From positions 323,098 to 387,097 of the forward strand of contig JAFWJA010000015.1 in the NCBI GenBank assembly GCA_017511805.1: a stretch of DNA of 64,000 nucleotides. Direction: 5' to 3'. The translations under genes and the position numbers were made by a program. A model generated the notes under the pieces. The model was not told where the DNA came from and searched no databases. It saw nothing but the letters and a program-made list of their open reading frames with translations. This DNA comes from Bacilli bacterium (GTDB lineage Bacteria; Bacillota_I; Bacilli_A; RF39; UBA660). Below, in pieces: positions 47,836 to 61,000 of the stretch (within the stretch, counting starts at the first letter, position 1; every line of letters starts with the position of its first letter).

Positions 47836-48151
47836 ACTCTACCTCTTTTACTATACATATTAAATTATTATATTTATCTTCAATAACAAAAATGCACTCA
47901 TGTTCTTTTAATTCATATATTATTTTCTTATCTAATTCATAACTAATTTTAATTATATCATCAACATTTTTTAAATATATATTCTCTTTATCTTTCAATT
48001 TATAATTATCTTTTTTTATTAATATAGAACTATATGTTTTTATTATATTATTTATATATCTTTTATAATCTTTTTTAATATAATTTTTATATATTAAATA
48101 AAGAATAATTATAACTAATAATGTAACACCTAATATTATATATTTAATCAT
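47825..48151 (-). CDS. Small single-TM protein, paralog of 44845-45174. Its start overlaps the downstream gene by 11 nt.
   Basis: N-terminal TM IILGVTLLVIIILYLIY. Overlap 47825-47835. Confidence 0.4.
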   Translation of the reverse strand: MIKYIILGVTLLVIIILYLIYKNYIKKDYKRYINNIIKTYSSILIKKDNYKLKDKENIYLKNVDDIIKISYELDKKIIYELKEHECIFVIEDKYNNLICIVKEVEYEK

Positions 48152-48193
48152 ATTAACACCATAATAATTATACCATTTTTAAAAAGAAAAAAT

Positions 48194-48997
48194 CTACTTT
48201 ATTTCGTAGATTTTTAATTTATCATTATCACCAATTGTATAAGTAATATAAACAGTATCTAGTTTTTTAGCACATTTACTTAAATCAAAGTCACTATTAT
48301 TTAAGAAATACATTATCTTATTATAATCACCTGTTTGTAAATATTCTTTTAAATATGATACATCTATCATATCTTCTTCTTTTTTATCTATATTATATTC
48401 TAATATATAGTTAAACAATTCTAATGGATTTTCTATTAAATATTTAGTATATTTAACTTTATATTTAGATTTAGAAGATTTACTTATGCTATCTATTTTG
48501 TAATAAATAACTGATTTAGTTTCTAATTCTCTTTTATTAGTATTATCTATAGAAATAGTATATGAATCATTATCACTATTATATATAACTCCTGATTCTG
48601 CCATAATAGGACTTACACCTATATTTTTTACATCTTTTGGATTCATTTCTATATCAAATATATCATTTATAAAATCAGATATTTCTGTACTTGTTAATGT
48701 ATTTTTATCTTCTTGATAATAATGATATTTTAATGCAAATAATATGAATTTATCATTCGAATCACTATCGGTATTCTCTATTTCATTAATATAGTTAACA
48801 AAGGGAGTAGTTTCTTTTATTATCTTGTTCTTTTCTATATCTGAGACACTTCTTGTTACTAAGAAATATACTAGTGTAGATACTAGGAACACTAGTATTA
48901 GTATTCCTAGTACTACATAGTTAATATGTTCTTTTATATACTCTTTGTTACTAATCTTTTTTATAAATTGTTTTATGTTGTTAAATATCTTTTTCAT
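48194..48997 (-). CDS. Signal-anchored extracytoplasmic protein, paralog of 47125-47835. It is the first gene downstream of the giant gene, 8 nt away.
   Basis: Short cytoplasmic N-terminus, TM VVLGILILVFLVSTLVYFLV, and a ~220-aa external domain. Confidence 0.45.
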   Translation of the reverse strand: MKKIFNNIKQFIKKISNKEYIKEHINYVVLGILILVFLVSTLVYFLVTRSVSDIEKNKIIKETTPFVNYINEIENTDSDSNDKFILFALKYHYYQEDKNTLTSTEISDFINDIFDIEMNPKDVKNIGVSPIMAESGVIYNSDNDSYTISIDNTNKRELETKSVIYYKIDSISKSSKSKYKVKYTKYLIENPLELFNYILEYNIDKKEEDMIDVSYLKEYLQTGDYNKIMYFLNNSDFDLSKCAKKLDTVYITYTIGDNDKLKIYEIK

Positions 48998-49005
48998 TTT
49001 GCCTC

Positions 49006-52000
49006 CTACTTCATGAATTCTAGGATACAGTAATTATATCCTGTCAATTCATCTATCTTAGTAACAACTTGATAGTTCTTATCTGTTGCTGTTGTTATAT
49101 CTCCGTTTACTCTTGGTGATGTAGAACCAATTATATAACCATCATAGAATTTAAATGTTCCATTTCCTTGGCTGATACCTATACCAGTAGTAGTTCCAAT
49201 AGCTTCTATATATGGATTAGTAATTGATACATCAGCATTTTCTGTACCTCTACCATCTTCTATACCAAGTACTACTGATCCTCTTGTAATATAGATACCA
49301 TATGCTATATTACCTGAAGCATGTATTGATCCAGTTTCTATAGTTATTTCTCCGCCTTCTGCATATAATCCATAAGATGCACTTTCTGTATCATGAACTG
49401 AAATATTAACATTATTTAATACTGGAGAACCATCTACAGAATATACACCACCAGCATATTTAGAATTATATGTTTCTATAGTTCCACCAGTCATTCTAAT
49501 TGAACCAGATGTACTATATAAACCATATGCATTATTAGAATTATATGCCTTAATAGTAGCATTAGTAACATTAGATGTATTTTCACTATTACTATCTATT
49601 GCTGAGGCAATTTCCGCTCCTGAAACAGTAAACTTATCGCGAGTAGAATTTAAAATACTTGTATTATGAATAACATTAAGTTTTTTATTTCTTTCATTAT
49701 TAAGATTATGAGTTAATATATATTCATTATCAGTTGATATTAATGTACCACTGTTATCAATAGTTGATATTGTAATATCAGTTTCATAGTAATTATTAGC
49801 ATTAGTGTGACTAATAGTAGAATTACTAATTGATAATATTCCAGTATTAGTAATAGTAACTTCATTGCCTTCAGAAGTTGTTTGATATGTAATAGTAGTT
49901 CCATCAATAGTAGTATTACCAGCATTATCTATAAACTTAGTAATAGTACCACCATTAATTATTAGTTCTGCATTTGTCTTAGCATTACTAATTTGACCAT
50001 TAATATTAGTATTAGTAATTGTTGTTCTTTCAGTTGAGTACTTATAATAAGCAATTTGTCTTGATGTTAATGTACAATTTGAAATATTTTCTAGATCTGA
50101 TGAATTACTATAGATAGCATATAGATCACCTTTAATAGTAGAATTTGTTAATGTCATTTTACCATTGTTAATTATACCTATATTATCTACATCTAAATCA
50201 ATATTATCTATAGTCATAATACCATTAGTATCATTCTTAATCGCAGTATCTCCTATTATTTCAATATTACTTATATTTAATGTTCCATTATTTATAATAG
50301 ATGATTCTGATGATCTAGAATTTATAATAGAATTTGTTAATTCACTAGTAATTGTTAAATCACCGCTATTATTAATTGGTTTAAATGTTCTTAAAGTATG
50401 ACCATTTAGATCTAGTGTTAATCTTACTCCATCATATATATAAGATTCATGAGATAAAATTGTATCATCTAACAATTCAATAACATCATCATCATTTACT
50501 TCATTAAATGCTTGTTGAATATTATTATATGTCTTATCTTGTGTCTTATTATGGATAGTATAAGAAGATTCTACTAAGTACGCTATATTCGAATAATCTT
50601 GAGTATAGTTATCTTCAGATTCATATGCATACATAGTTTTATTAATTAGTCTTGGATTTCCAATAAATCCAGTACCACCACCTGCTGGTCCATAATATCC
50701 TGCTGCTCCTCCATAGAAACCACTTCCACCACCAGACATATAATTGTTTGAATTATTAGTTTTATTAGAACCAAATCCAAATGATGGATATATTTGACCT
50801 GTGTTAGCATTTGTCATAGTAGCATATCTACACTTAGTATATGTTCCTGGTCTATTTGTTGTAGCACCATTACCATAGTTTTCACATACACCATTCATTG
50901 ATTTTGCATTACCTGCAGTAAGTCCTCCAGCATGTCCTCCGTCACCAGAGTAATCTGGATATAGTTCGTGAGTAGAAGAACCTCCTCCACCACCTGCAAC
51001 TATTAAGATTGCATTTTCGGCACCTGTTAAATATCTTAATGTGTTAGGATTTGTAGCTATTGATGTTGCTCCTCCACCACCAGCATAAACTCCGTTATAC
51101 TTCATAGTTGAAGAGTTATATTGCCCTGCTGCATATCCACCACCATTATATCCATATGTTGTACTATAAGTCATTTTTCTACATGATTGTGTAGTACATC
51201 CATCTGGTGCTTCAACATCAACACTTTGTCCTTGACCACCTACTGCTATATATAATGTCTCATTCTTATCAAGATATACTTCACCTACTGAATAGCCTCC
51301 ATAACCTCCAGTATTTGAATTACCTAAATATGAAGTATTTCCTCCTTGAGCTCCCCATACCTCAAGTTTATATTTACCTGGGCAATAGATATCAAGAGTT
51401 TGCATTCCATTAGTATGATCATATAAATAAACATTATTTACTAAACTTTCACAATATGCATCTGAATAAGCATATTTTGCATATAATATCATTGAATTTT
51501 GTACTAATGTTTCTGGTGTAACTTTAGTAGAGAAATCTGAATCTATATACCAACCTTTAAATATTAGGTTACTATCTGTATTAATAGGTTCAGGAATGTT
51601 TCCAAGTGCATCACCACGATTATAAATTAATGTATTATCCTCAATTGTTCCAACACTTGATATTAGATTTACTTCAATTTGTTTAGCATTAGCTTTTCTC
51701 TTAATATAAGTAATCTTAGCATATCCATCACCAGTGTTACCAGTCATTGTATATGTACCATCATATGAAGGTACTTTTGAACCACCACCTAATAGTGTAG
51801 TATCGTACATATAATATTTGGATCCTACTAGATATCCAGATGGTTTATATGATGTTGCTGTTAATACGTAGCCAGATCCTCCACCGCCACCTTGTTGGGC
51901 CATTGAAGAACCGCCTCCGCCGTACCAGCCACCGCCTCCGGCTCCACCGACATATGATCCACCTTGTCCAAATGAACCATTTCTACCAGCACCAGTTTGA

Positions 52001-55000
52001 GTACCTCCGTCACCAGCGTCGGACCAATAACCATTCCAGCCACCACCTTTAGAACCAGATTCGCCACCACCGGCACCTCCACCAGATGCTGTTCCAGGGC
52101 CTCCGCCTCCACCAGCGACAATAATTCTAGAATATAAACTACTTGTAAGTCTAATATCAGTAGCTCCTCCACCCATTATTGTACCAGGGCCAGAGCCTCC
52201 TCCATTATAACCTCCATTAGTACCAGAAGTTCCTACATATACGAATAATTCTTGACCTAAAGATAAATCTATATAACCAGCAGAATATCCACCATTTGCT
52301 CCACCTTGAGCTCCCCATACTTCTAATTTATATGTACCTGTACACATAGAAGTAAATTTTTGAGAAGATTTAGTAGGTAAATATGTATATTCTCTTCCTA
52401 TATAGTCTTCACAGTTAATATTTTCATATATTTGATCATCTGGATCAATACTAACTGAATTATCTTCATATGTTATTCTTGCATAACCATTACCTTCTTT
52501 AGCAGTATTAGCAATTGGTTCTGCACTAACATCTTCTGTATTTCTATTTTTATACTTTTGTAAGTACATTTGCATTTCATCAGTTGTTTCATATACTTCA
52601 TATCCTTCTCTAATAATATCTATACTATCAGGAGTTCCTTTTATATATCCTTTTAATATACCAGAATAGAAATATACTTCTCCATCTAATCTATATACAC
52701 TATATAGACCACCTTCAATAGAAGGATTTTCAATAGAAACAGAATCATTTTCATTTCCTATTACTACAAGTGAATCTTCATTATTTTGATATATACCATA
52801 TAATTCACCTATTATAGAACCAGTATTAAATTGTAATGATTTTCTACTAGTTTGTGTATTACCTATATATACACCAATGTTTTTAGAACTAATATTTGTA
52901 TTATTAAGTACCATATTTGATTCATAAGTTGCTGCATATATACCATAACCAGTATTATTACCAGTAGTAGTAATATCAACATTAGTTAAATTTAGGTCAC
53001 CACTATATACATTTATACCTGTATCTTTAGCAGTAATACTTGCATCTGTAATAGTTAAACCAACCATTGTATAGATACCTGTACCTACTTCATTAGTTAT
53101 TTCTATATCATTTATATCACATGTTGCATTTGTACCACAATAGATGCCATATTCAGAACCAGATCCTCTAGATATAATAGATACATGATCTATATCTATA
53201 TCACTATAAGCAAAATAGATTCCTGATTGACCAGATTTAATTGATGTATTATATATTTTTACATCATTACGTCTTTCAGCAGTATTCTTACTAGTTGAAT
53301 CATAATATCCTCTTCCAGTTCTTGCAATAAGATCACTTTCATTTATAGTAACTATATTATTACCGTTACCATTATTCATGTATACTGAAGTATAATCGGC
53401 ATTTATTTTTGTATTATAAACGCTAATTGTCGAGTTATATGAATTTGAATAAATACCATATGATCCTTCTAAAGTAGAATCTGTTACATTTAAAGTAATA
53501 TTTTGTCCATTATCAATATAGATAGGATTTGAACTACTTTTAATAGTAGCATTATTTCTTACATCTATAACTGCTCCATTAACATGATTTGATATAGCAC
53601 CATTATAACTTGAGGTAGATAATGTAGAAACAGTTACATATTCTACTGTTAAATTCTTATAATTAGCTACACCACTAGTTTTTATGTTTTGTAAAATACC
53701 ATTTTTAGCTTCACTACTATCTGTAATTATTAAGTTTGAATTGTTTGTAAATGTTTCACTCATAACTAATTTTTTGTTATTTAAATCTAATGTAATATTT
53801 TTACCAGCAGGTATTGTTACTGCATCCGGAACTGAAGCACTTGCTACTACTTTAATAGTACCATTAGCATCTATTGCATCTATAGCATCATCAAAATTAT
53901 CATATCTTTCTCCATCTACTTCTAAGAATCCATCTCTTGATGATAGATAATTTAATACCCAAATATTACTAGCAACATTATATCCAGTCATATGTGCATT
54001 TGATAATCTTGGATTTCCAATATAACCAGATCCTCCACCTCCACCACTATAATCGTTGATTACTGATGTTGATGATTGATCATTTGTTCCACCGGAACCT
54101 CCGCCGTACCAACCTCCGCCTCCGGCTCCACCATAAACTCTATTTTCTACATTTATGGTAGTATCTGCACCTTTACCAAATGTTCCTATTCCTTTTTCAG
54201 GATGTAAGTTATTATGTCCACCTTCAGTTTGTGTACCACCGGTACCATAGTTAGCAAATGTACCTGTATTAACAGAACCATCATTAGCTATATAGCCTCC
54301 TCCTGCTCCTCCAGTACCTCTGTTATAACTTGTAGAGTAATATGAGCCTCCTCCTGCTCCTCCAGCAACTATTAATATTGAATCTTTATTATTTTCTAAT
54401 TCATATAGTTGTCCTGAAGCTGTGGCAATATGTGTAGCTCCTCCACCTGAAACTGATGTAATTTGGTATGAAGACCAATTATTAGTAACTGAACCTCCAC
54501 CATTATATCCACCATCAGCGGTACCAGTTCTACTATTTAAGATTTGTCCTTGTCCTCCAACATTTATATAAAGTGTTTCTCCTTGAGTAAGTTCTATTTC
54601 TCCTTGTGAGTAACCACCTTGTGCTGCAGGGAAATTACTTGTATTTGATGTAGATGTTCCTGCACCCCATACTTCAAGTAAGTATTTACCTGTACATGGA
54701 ACATTAAATGTTTCTTCACCATTAATATATTCATAATCATATACATCGTTTGTATAACATAATCCTATATCTTCACCTAAATATGTAATTCTAGCATAAC
54801 CATTACCAGTTTTAGCAACATCACTAGTTGCTGCACTAGATACTTTAGTTGTACTATAAGTTCTTGTTTTTAAATCTTCTTCAGATGATGAACTTTCTTC
54901 AACAATATCATGATTTTGTCTTAAGTTAACAATAGTACCAGAATATCCATATTTACGTCCTTTTAGAACACCATTATAGAAACTAGTAACAGCACCAGTA

Positions 55001-58000
55001 TATTGAACTCTAACACCATATTCTTGTCCAATAAATACAGGATCCACTTTATTTAATTCTGCATCTTTATCACCTATAGTCACTTTAGCATTAGTTCTAA
55101 TATCTAATCCTGAAACTGTACCTTCATAAGTACCACTATTAAATGTGTAATTACCTCCCGCATATACATCAACGGCAGTTCCTACACCTTTATAAGTACC
55201 ACCATTAAATACTACAGTACCAGAACTATATAAATATAAACCAGTAGATTTTTCTGATTCTACATTACAATTATTAAATGTACCATTATTCGTTCCACTA
55301 GATAGATATATAGCATTATAAGTATTAGCAACAAAACTAGAATTTTCAAATAAGAAGTTAGTAGTTGATCCTGAAGAATAGTTATAATAAGCATAGTTTT
55401 TACCAGTTAAAGTAGAATCTTTAATATTTAAAGTAGATGAACTTCCACTAGTAAAGTTAAAATAAATACCATATGAATTATTAGAAGTTAAAGTACTATT
55501 ATCTATAGTTAAATTAATTCCTTTTCCATAATTATATACTACTTCGTTATTTGATGTTAATTCTGAATTATCAATAACAACTACTTGATTATAATTAGTA
55601 TTTATAAGATTAGCAGTAGTAGTTATTTTTGAATTTAGAATATTAACTTTACCACCAGTTGTAGTAGAAGTTATTACATTTTTACTAGAATTAACAACAA
55701 TTCCATCCATAGTGAATGTACCTTTGTTTTCAATAACTCTAGTTAAACTATTTGTTATTTTTCCAGTTTTATCATCACTATTATCTACAATAGTAAATGT
55801 TCCTTTATTAACAAACTCACTTCTCATAGATAATGTATTACCATCAAGATCTAATGTAATATTTTTACCTAATGGTATTACTGATTGCTCTGATAATTCT
55901 ACATCTTTAATAACATAAATAGTTCCTTCTTCATCAATAGCATCTACAGCATCTGCAAATGAATTAAAGTATTCATCTCCAACTCTTAAGAACACTTCTC
56001 TATCTTCTAGATAGTTTCTTACATAAGTTCTTATTAATGCTTTTACATTATATCCATACATTATTCCATTTTCAATTCTTGAATTAGCTATGTATCCAGA
56101 ACCACCACCAGAAGTTACAGTTACAGATTTAGTACTACCACCACCGTAGTAGCCTCCTCCACCTGCATTACCCATAGTTCCATAACTATCAGCACCTCTA
56201 CCAAATGATCCTTTACCTTCTTCAGTAGAACTACTTTGATCAAATCCTGGACCTACTTGTGTACCTCCAGTACCATAGTATATAGATGGTGTACCACCCA
56301 TATATCCACCACCGGAACCACCATAATGTTCATTATATGAACCATTACCATATATAGTTCCACTAGCTCCACCACCACCAACTATAAGAATTGAATCTTT
56401 GTTATCTTCAAGTTCACTTAATAATCCTGGTGCTGTTGCAATATGAGTTGCTCCACCTGATCCATATATTGTTAATCTAGTGCTACTAGAACCAGTGTAT
56501 GTATAATCATTAATGTAAATATCTCCGCCACCATTATATCCACCTTTAACAACATATGTACCTGATACACTATTTTTATATTGACCTTGTCCACCTACTG
56601 TTATATATAAAACTTCATTTTCAGTAAGTTCTATTTCACCATATGAATATCCTCCATATGATCTATTACTATATGAAGCTGAACCCCATACTTCTAATTT
56701 ATATCTTCCAGTACATGGTACTGTAAATTCTGCTGTATTACCTGTATAACCATAAGTATATTCTTGATTATTTGTACAAGTTTCATTAGTTTCACCAATA
56801 TAAGTTATCTTAGCATAACCTGGACCTGATTTAGCATAATTTGATGTAGCTGTTTGACTATAATTAGTAGTAGAATTAGTATTCCAAATATCTGCTTCTG
56901 GAATAGTTTCTATTTCTTCAGCAACTACCTTACCTCTTCTTAATTCTCCAAGAGACATATTAAAACCATAAGTAGAACCTCTTAATAAACCATTATAGAA
57001 ATTAATTATTGTTCCACTAATAGCATATACGCCATATATTCCTCCAGAAATATAAGGATCTTCTTTAGAGTATTCTTTACTCTTATCTCCTATATTTACT
57101 ACTGTTACATTTGAAGAAGTACGAATACCATAGGATTTACCTACTATAGAACCACTCATAATGTATGCTGTATAACCACCAACATTAATACCTGTTCCTT
57201 CAACATCAATATCACAATCATAAACATAAACGTTATTAGAACCAATATTAATACCTGTACTTGATGATCCTCCTCCAGAAACATTAACATTTGTTAAAAT
57301 GTATTTATAATTAGTATTTGAACTTAGTGTGATTCCTGTATAACTAGTATTTTTTGCAAGATTTATAGTTACATTATTTATTATTGCGTCTTTTTCAACG
57401 TTACATGAACTTAATATAACACCATCTGTATTATTAGTATTAATAGTTACATTTTCTAATACTAATTCATATGCAGTACCAATTTCTATTGGATGTTCAC
57501 TAACACTAGTTGAAGTATGTTCAAAAGTACCTCCATGAATATATATATAATTACCATTAGAAGCAACAAGGCCAAATGTTTTTCCTTTAAATTCTCCAGC
57601 ATTAATTGTTAGAGTATTTGGACAATCTTGATACTGATTAGTGCTTTTTGTAGTATATGCTCTAACATTTATTGCACTTTCATTAGTAGAAGTAACTTTA
57701 CCATCATTTATTGTAATTGTATTACCTTTTAGATTTTGAGCATCCAAATATGAATAAATACCAGTTTTATATGATTTAATTTCACCATCATTCATTGTGA
57801 AATTAACTTTACTATAATGTAGATTAATACCATATATATCTTGATTATTTGATGTATCAATAACAACTGTACCACCAATAGTTAAATTTTTTGGTGAATC
57901 AATACCAGAAATAGTACCTGATTCTAATGTAAGTGTCTCAGTTTGATTATTATATATTGCATAGTTATTATCTGATTTAATTAATGTATCTCCTGATGTA

Positions 58001-61000
58001 GTAACAGTACCATTTGTATAAATAGTATAGTTATCTATAGTTGTTAATTCTGCATCATTAAGTATTAAATCTCCATTATTTAAAACTGCATAATTATCAG
58101 AGTTCTTTTCATGGAACTTAATATTTTCTAATGTTAATGTACCATTATTATTAATAGTAGAAGCACTATTAATAATAGTATTAGTTTCTTCAGAATTATA
58201 TATTTTAAGAGTACCATTATTTGTAAATGTATCTCCTATTGAGAAACTATGACCATTTGTATTAATAAGAATATTAGCATTTTCACTTACATTAAGTGGA
58301 TATGTTGCTTCAAAGTTATCTCTTCTTATAAATATTTCATATCCAGTCTTAGTAGCAGTATCAATAGCATCTTGTAATCTAAAGAAATATTGTGTTCCTC
58401 CTACTCTAGTTTCTGCAACTGCATTGTCAGGATTACCAATTAGGTAAACTCTTTGGCAATCCTTATCAATGTTATAGTAGTTATATATAAAGTATCCTTG
58501 TGGTACTTTATCAACTTTACCATTAAGTGCTACATCACCTTCAATGTATCCATCATAGAAGTTAAACCTACCACTTTGTTCTAGACCAATATCAGTACCT
58601 ATGATTTTGACATTATCTTCAATCATATCTCCATCATTATCACCTATTGTAAGATTTCTTCTATTATCAAGAGCAGTTCCATTAGGATTTTCAATAGTAC
58701 CATTTATAAGAGTTAAATCACCATTATTGATTACTTTACCTGTAATAGTATAGTCATTTAAATCTAATGTAACTGTTTTTGTATTAGTTGATTCTGCTTC
58801 TGTTACATTCTTAATTAATTCAATAGTATCTCCATCTTTTGCTTCATCAAATGCTTCTTGAACTGATAAGAAGTAATCCGTATCTATTCTAGCAACTGCA
58901 TTCTCATCAATTTCCCATATAGCAGTAACTGTTATATCTTTTAATCCTACTGTTATTACATATGGATCTTGCTCTGTACCAGTTCCAGATAGAACACTTG
59001 GATCATTTACTTCCCATCCTAAGAAGTTGCATCCACGCTTTGTTGGAGTTAATAATGTATATGTTTCTTCATATTTCTTATAGATTTCTCTTATATCTTT
59101 ACTTCCATCATATACACCATAATTAGGATTTATTGTAATAATTAAATCTGTTTCTTTATTTCTAATTGCTTCTTCAGATAAACTTTGTAGATATTTCTTT
59201 TCACTTTGAATATCTTGTTCTGTTCTTATTCTTGAGTAATCCGCAATTTGATTTATTTCTCCTTCAACCGCTTTAGTACCTTCTATGTAACCATCGTACA
59301 TAATTAAATTACCTTCATTAACTATAGTAGTAGTTTCACTAATTATTCTTATATTAGAACTTGATACATTACCATCATTTTCTCCTAGAATAACAGTACC
59401 ATAATTAATTATTGTATTCTTATCAAAGTTTTGAAGAGAGCCATTATATACATTAAATGTACCACTATTAATTAATTTAGTTGTAATACTATGTTTATTT
59501 AAATCTAGTGTTACATAACCACCAGTAGGTATTACTAAATCTTCAGATACAGATTTTAATAATTTAATTGTATCTCCTTCTTCACACTTATCTATTGCAT
59601 CTTGTACAGTTGAATAATAAACTCCATTTAATAATGCAACTGTATCTCCTTGATAGTCATGACCCATGTACTCAAGTAATGCATATTCAAATCCAGTATT
59701 TTCATCAACATATGTAGTAACTTCGTATTGATATTCAACATTAGTAGTTGTTTCTGGTTTAGCAAATTTACTTGCTTCAATAATACCATCATAGAAGTTA
59801 AATGCACCATTTATCTTTTTAACACCAATACCTCTATCACCTTGTACATAGATTAATGGATCAGTTGTAGATACATCTGCAGTTTCTCCTCCAGTACCTT
59901 CATAATGTCCCATTTCAAATGTACCAGTATTAGCATATACACCATAAGCATTAACTGCTCTTTCTACATCTATCTTACCAGATAATATAGTTGCTTTAGC
60001 ATTAGCGCTATTTGAATATATACCATATGCCACACTACCACCAGTAACATTTATTTCAGAATCTGAAATAGTTATATCGCCAGTACCTTGGTTAGTAATA
60101 CCCCTATATTCATAAGTATTATTTAATGAACCAATATTAATTTTAGAATTATTTTGAATAGTTAAATTCTTAGTATTTAATATAGCTTGCGAATGTTTAC
60201 CAACATCTGATTTATTAACTAAGATATTAGTATTATCTATAGTCATTGTACTAGAGTTACTAATTGCAGTATCTAAACTACTTTGTGATGTAGAACCAAT
60301 TGTATTTGTATAAGTTGATCCTATTAATGACATAGTACCAGTATTAGTAATCTTAGAATTATTAATATTTGAATTCGATACTGTTAATGTACTAGTAGAA
60401 TTTTGAATATTACTATTTATAGTACATGTATCACATGTAGTTTCATTAGTACCAGAATTATAGAATACTCCAGTTAAAGTAGTTCCTGTTATATTAACTT
60501 CTTTATTAGAATTATTATAAATACTATAATTAGTTCCTGTATATGTGCCATTATTAATGGTAAGTGTACTTGTGTTATTTACTGCAATCTTATTAGCTTT
60601 AACTATAGAATTATTTATAGTAGCATTACCAGAATTTGTAATACCAGATACACTATCTACATTAATATTATTTGCATTTAAAGTACCTTCATTATTAATT
60701 ACATAATTAGAAGTACTTGTGTTCTTAAGACTAACATTACTAATATTTAAAGTATTCTTGTTATTAATAATACTAATAGAACCAGATGTCTTAATTGATG
60801 CTTCAGTTTGTGCATCATTTGTAATAGTCATATTACCATTATTAGTGATAGTCTTATTAGCAGATATAGTATATCCTTTAAGATTTAAAGTAAATGTTTT
60901 ATTATTAGGAATAGTTAAATCGTAATATAATGGAACATTTGTTAATAATTCAATTGTTTCATTAGTTCCTACTTCACTAATAGCACTTTGTAGATTACCA

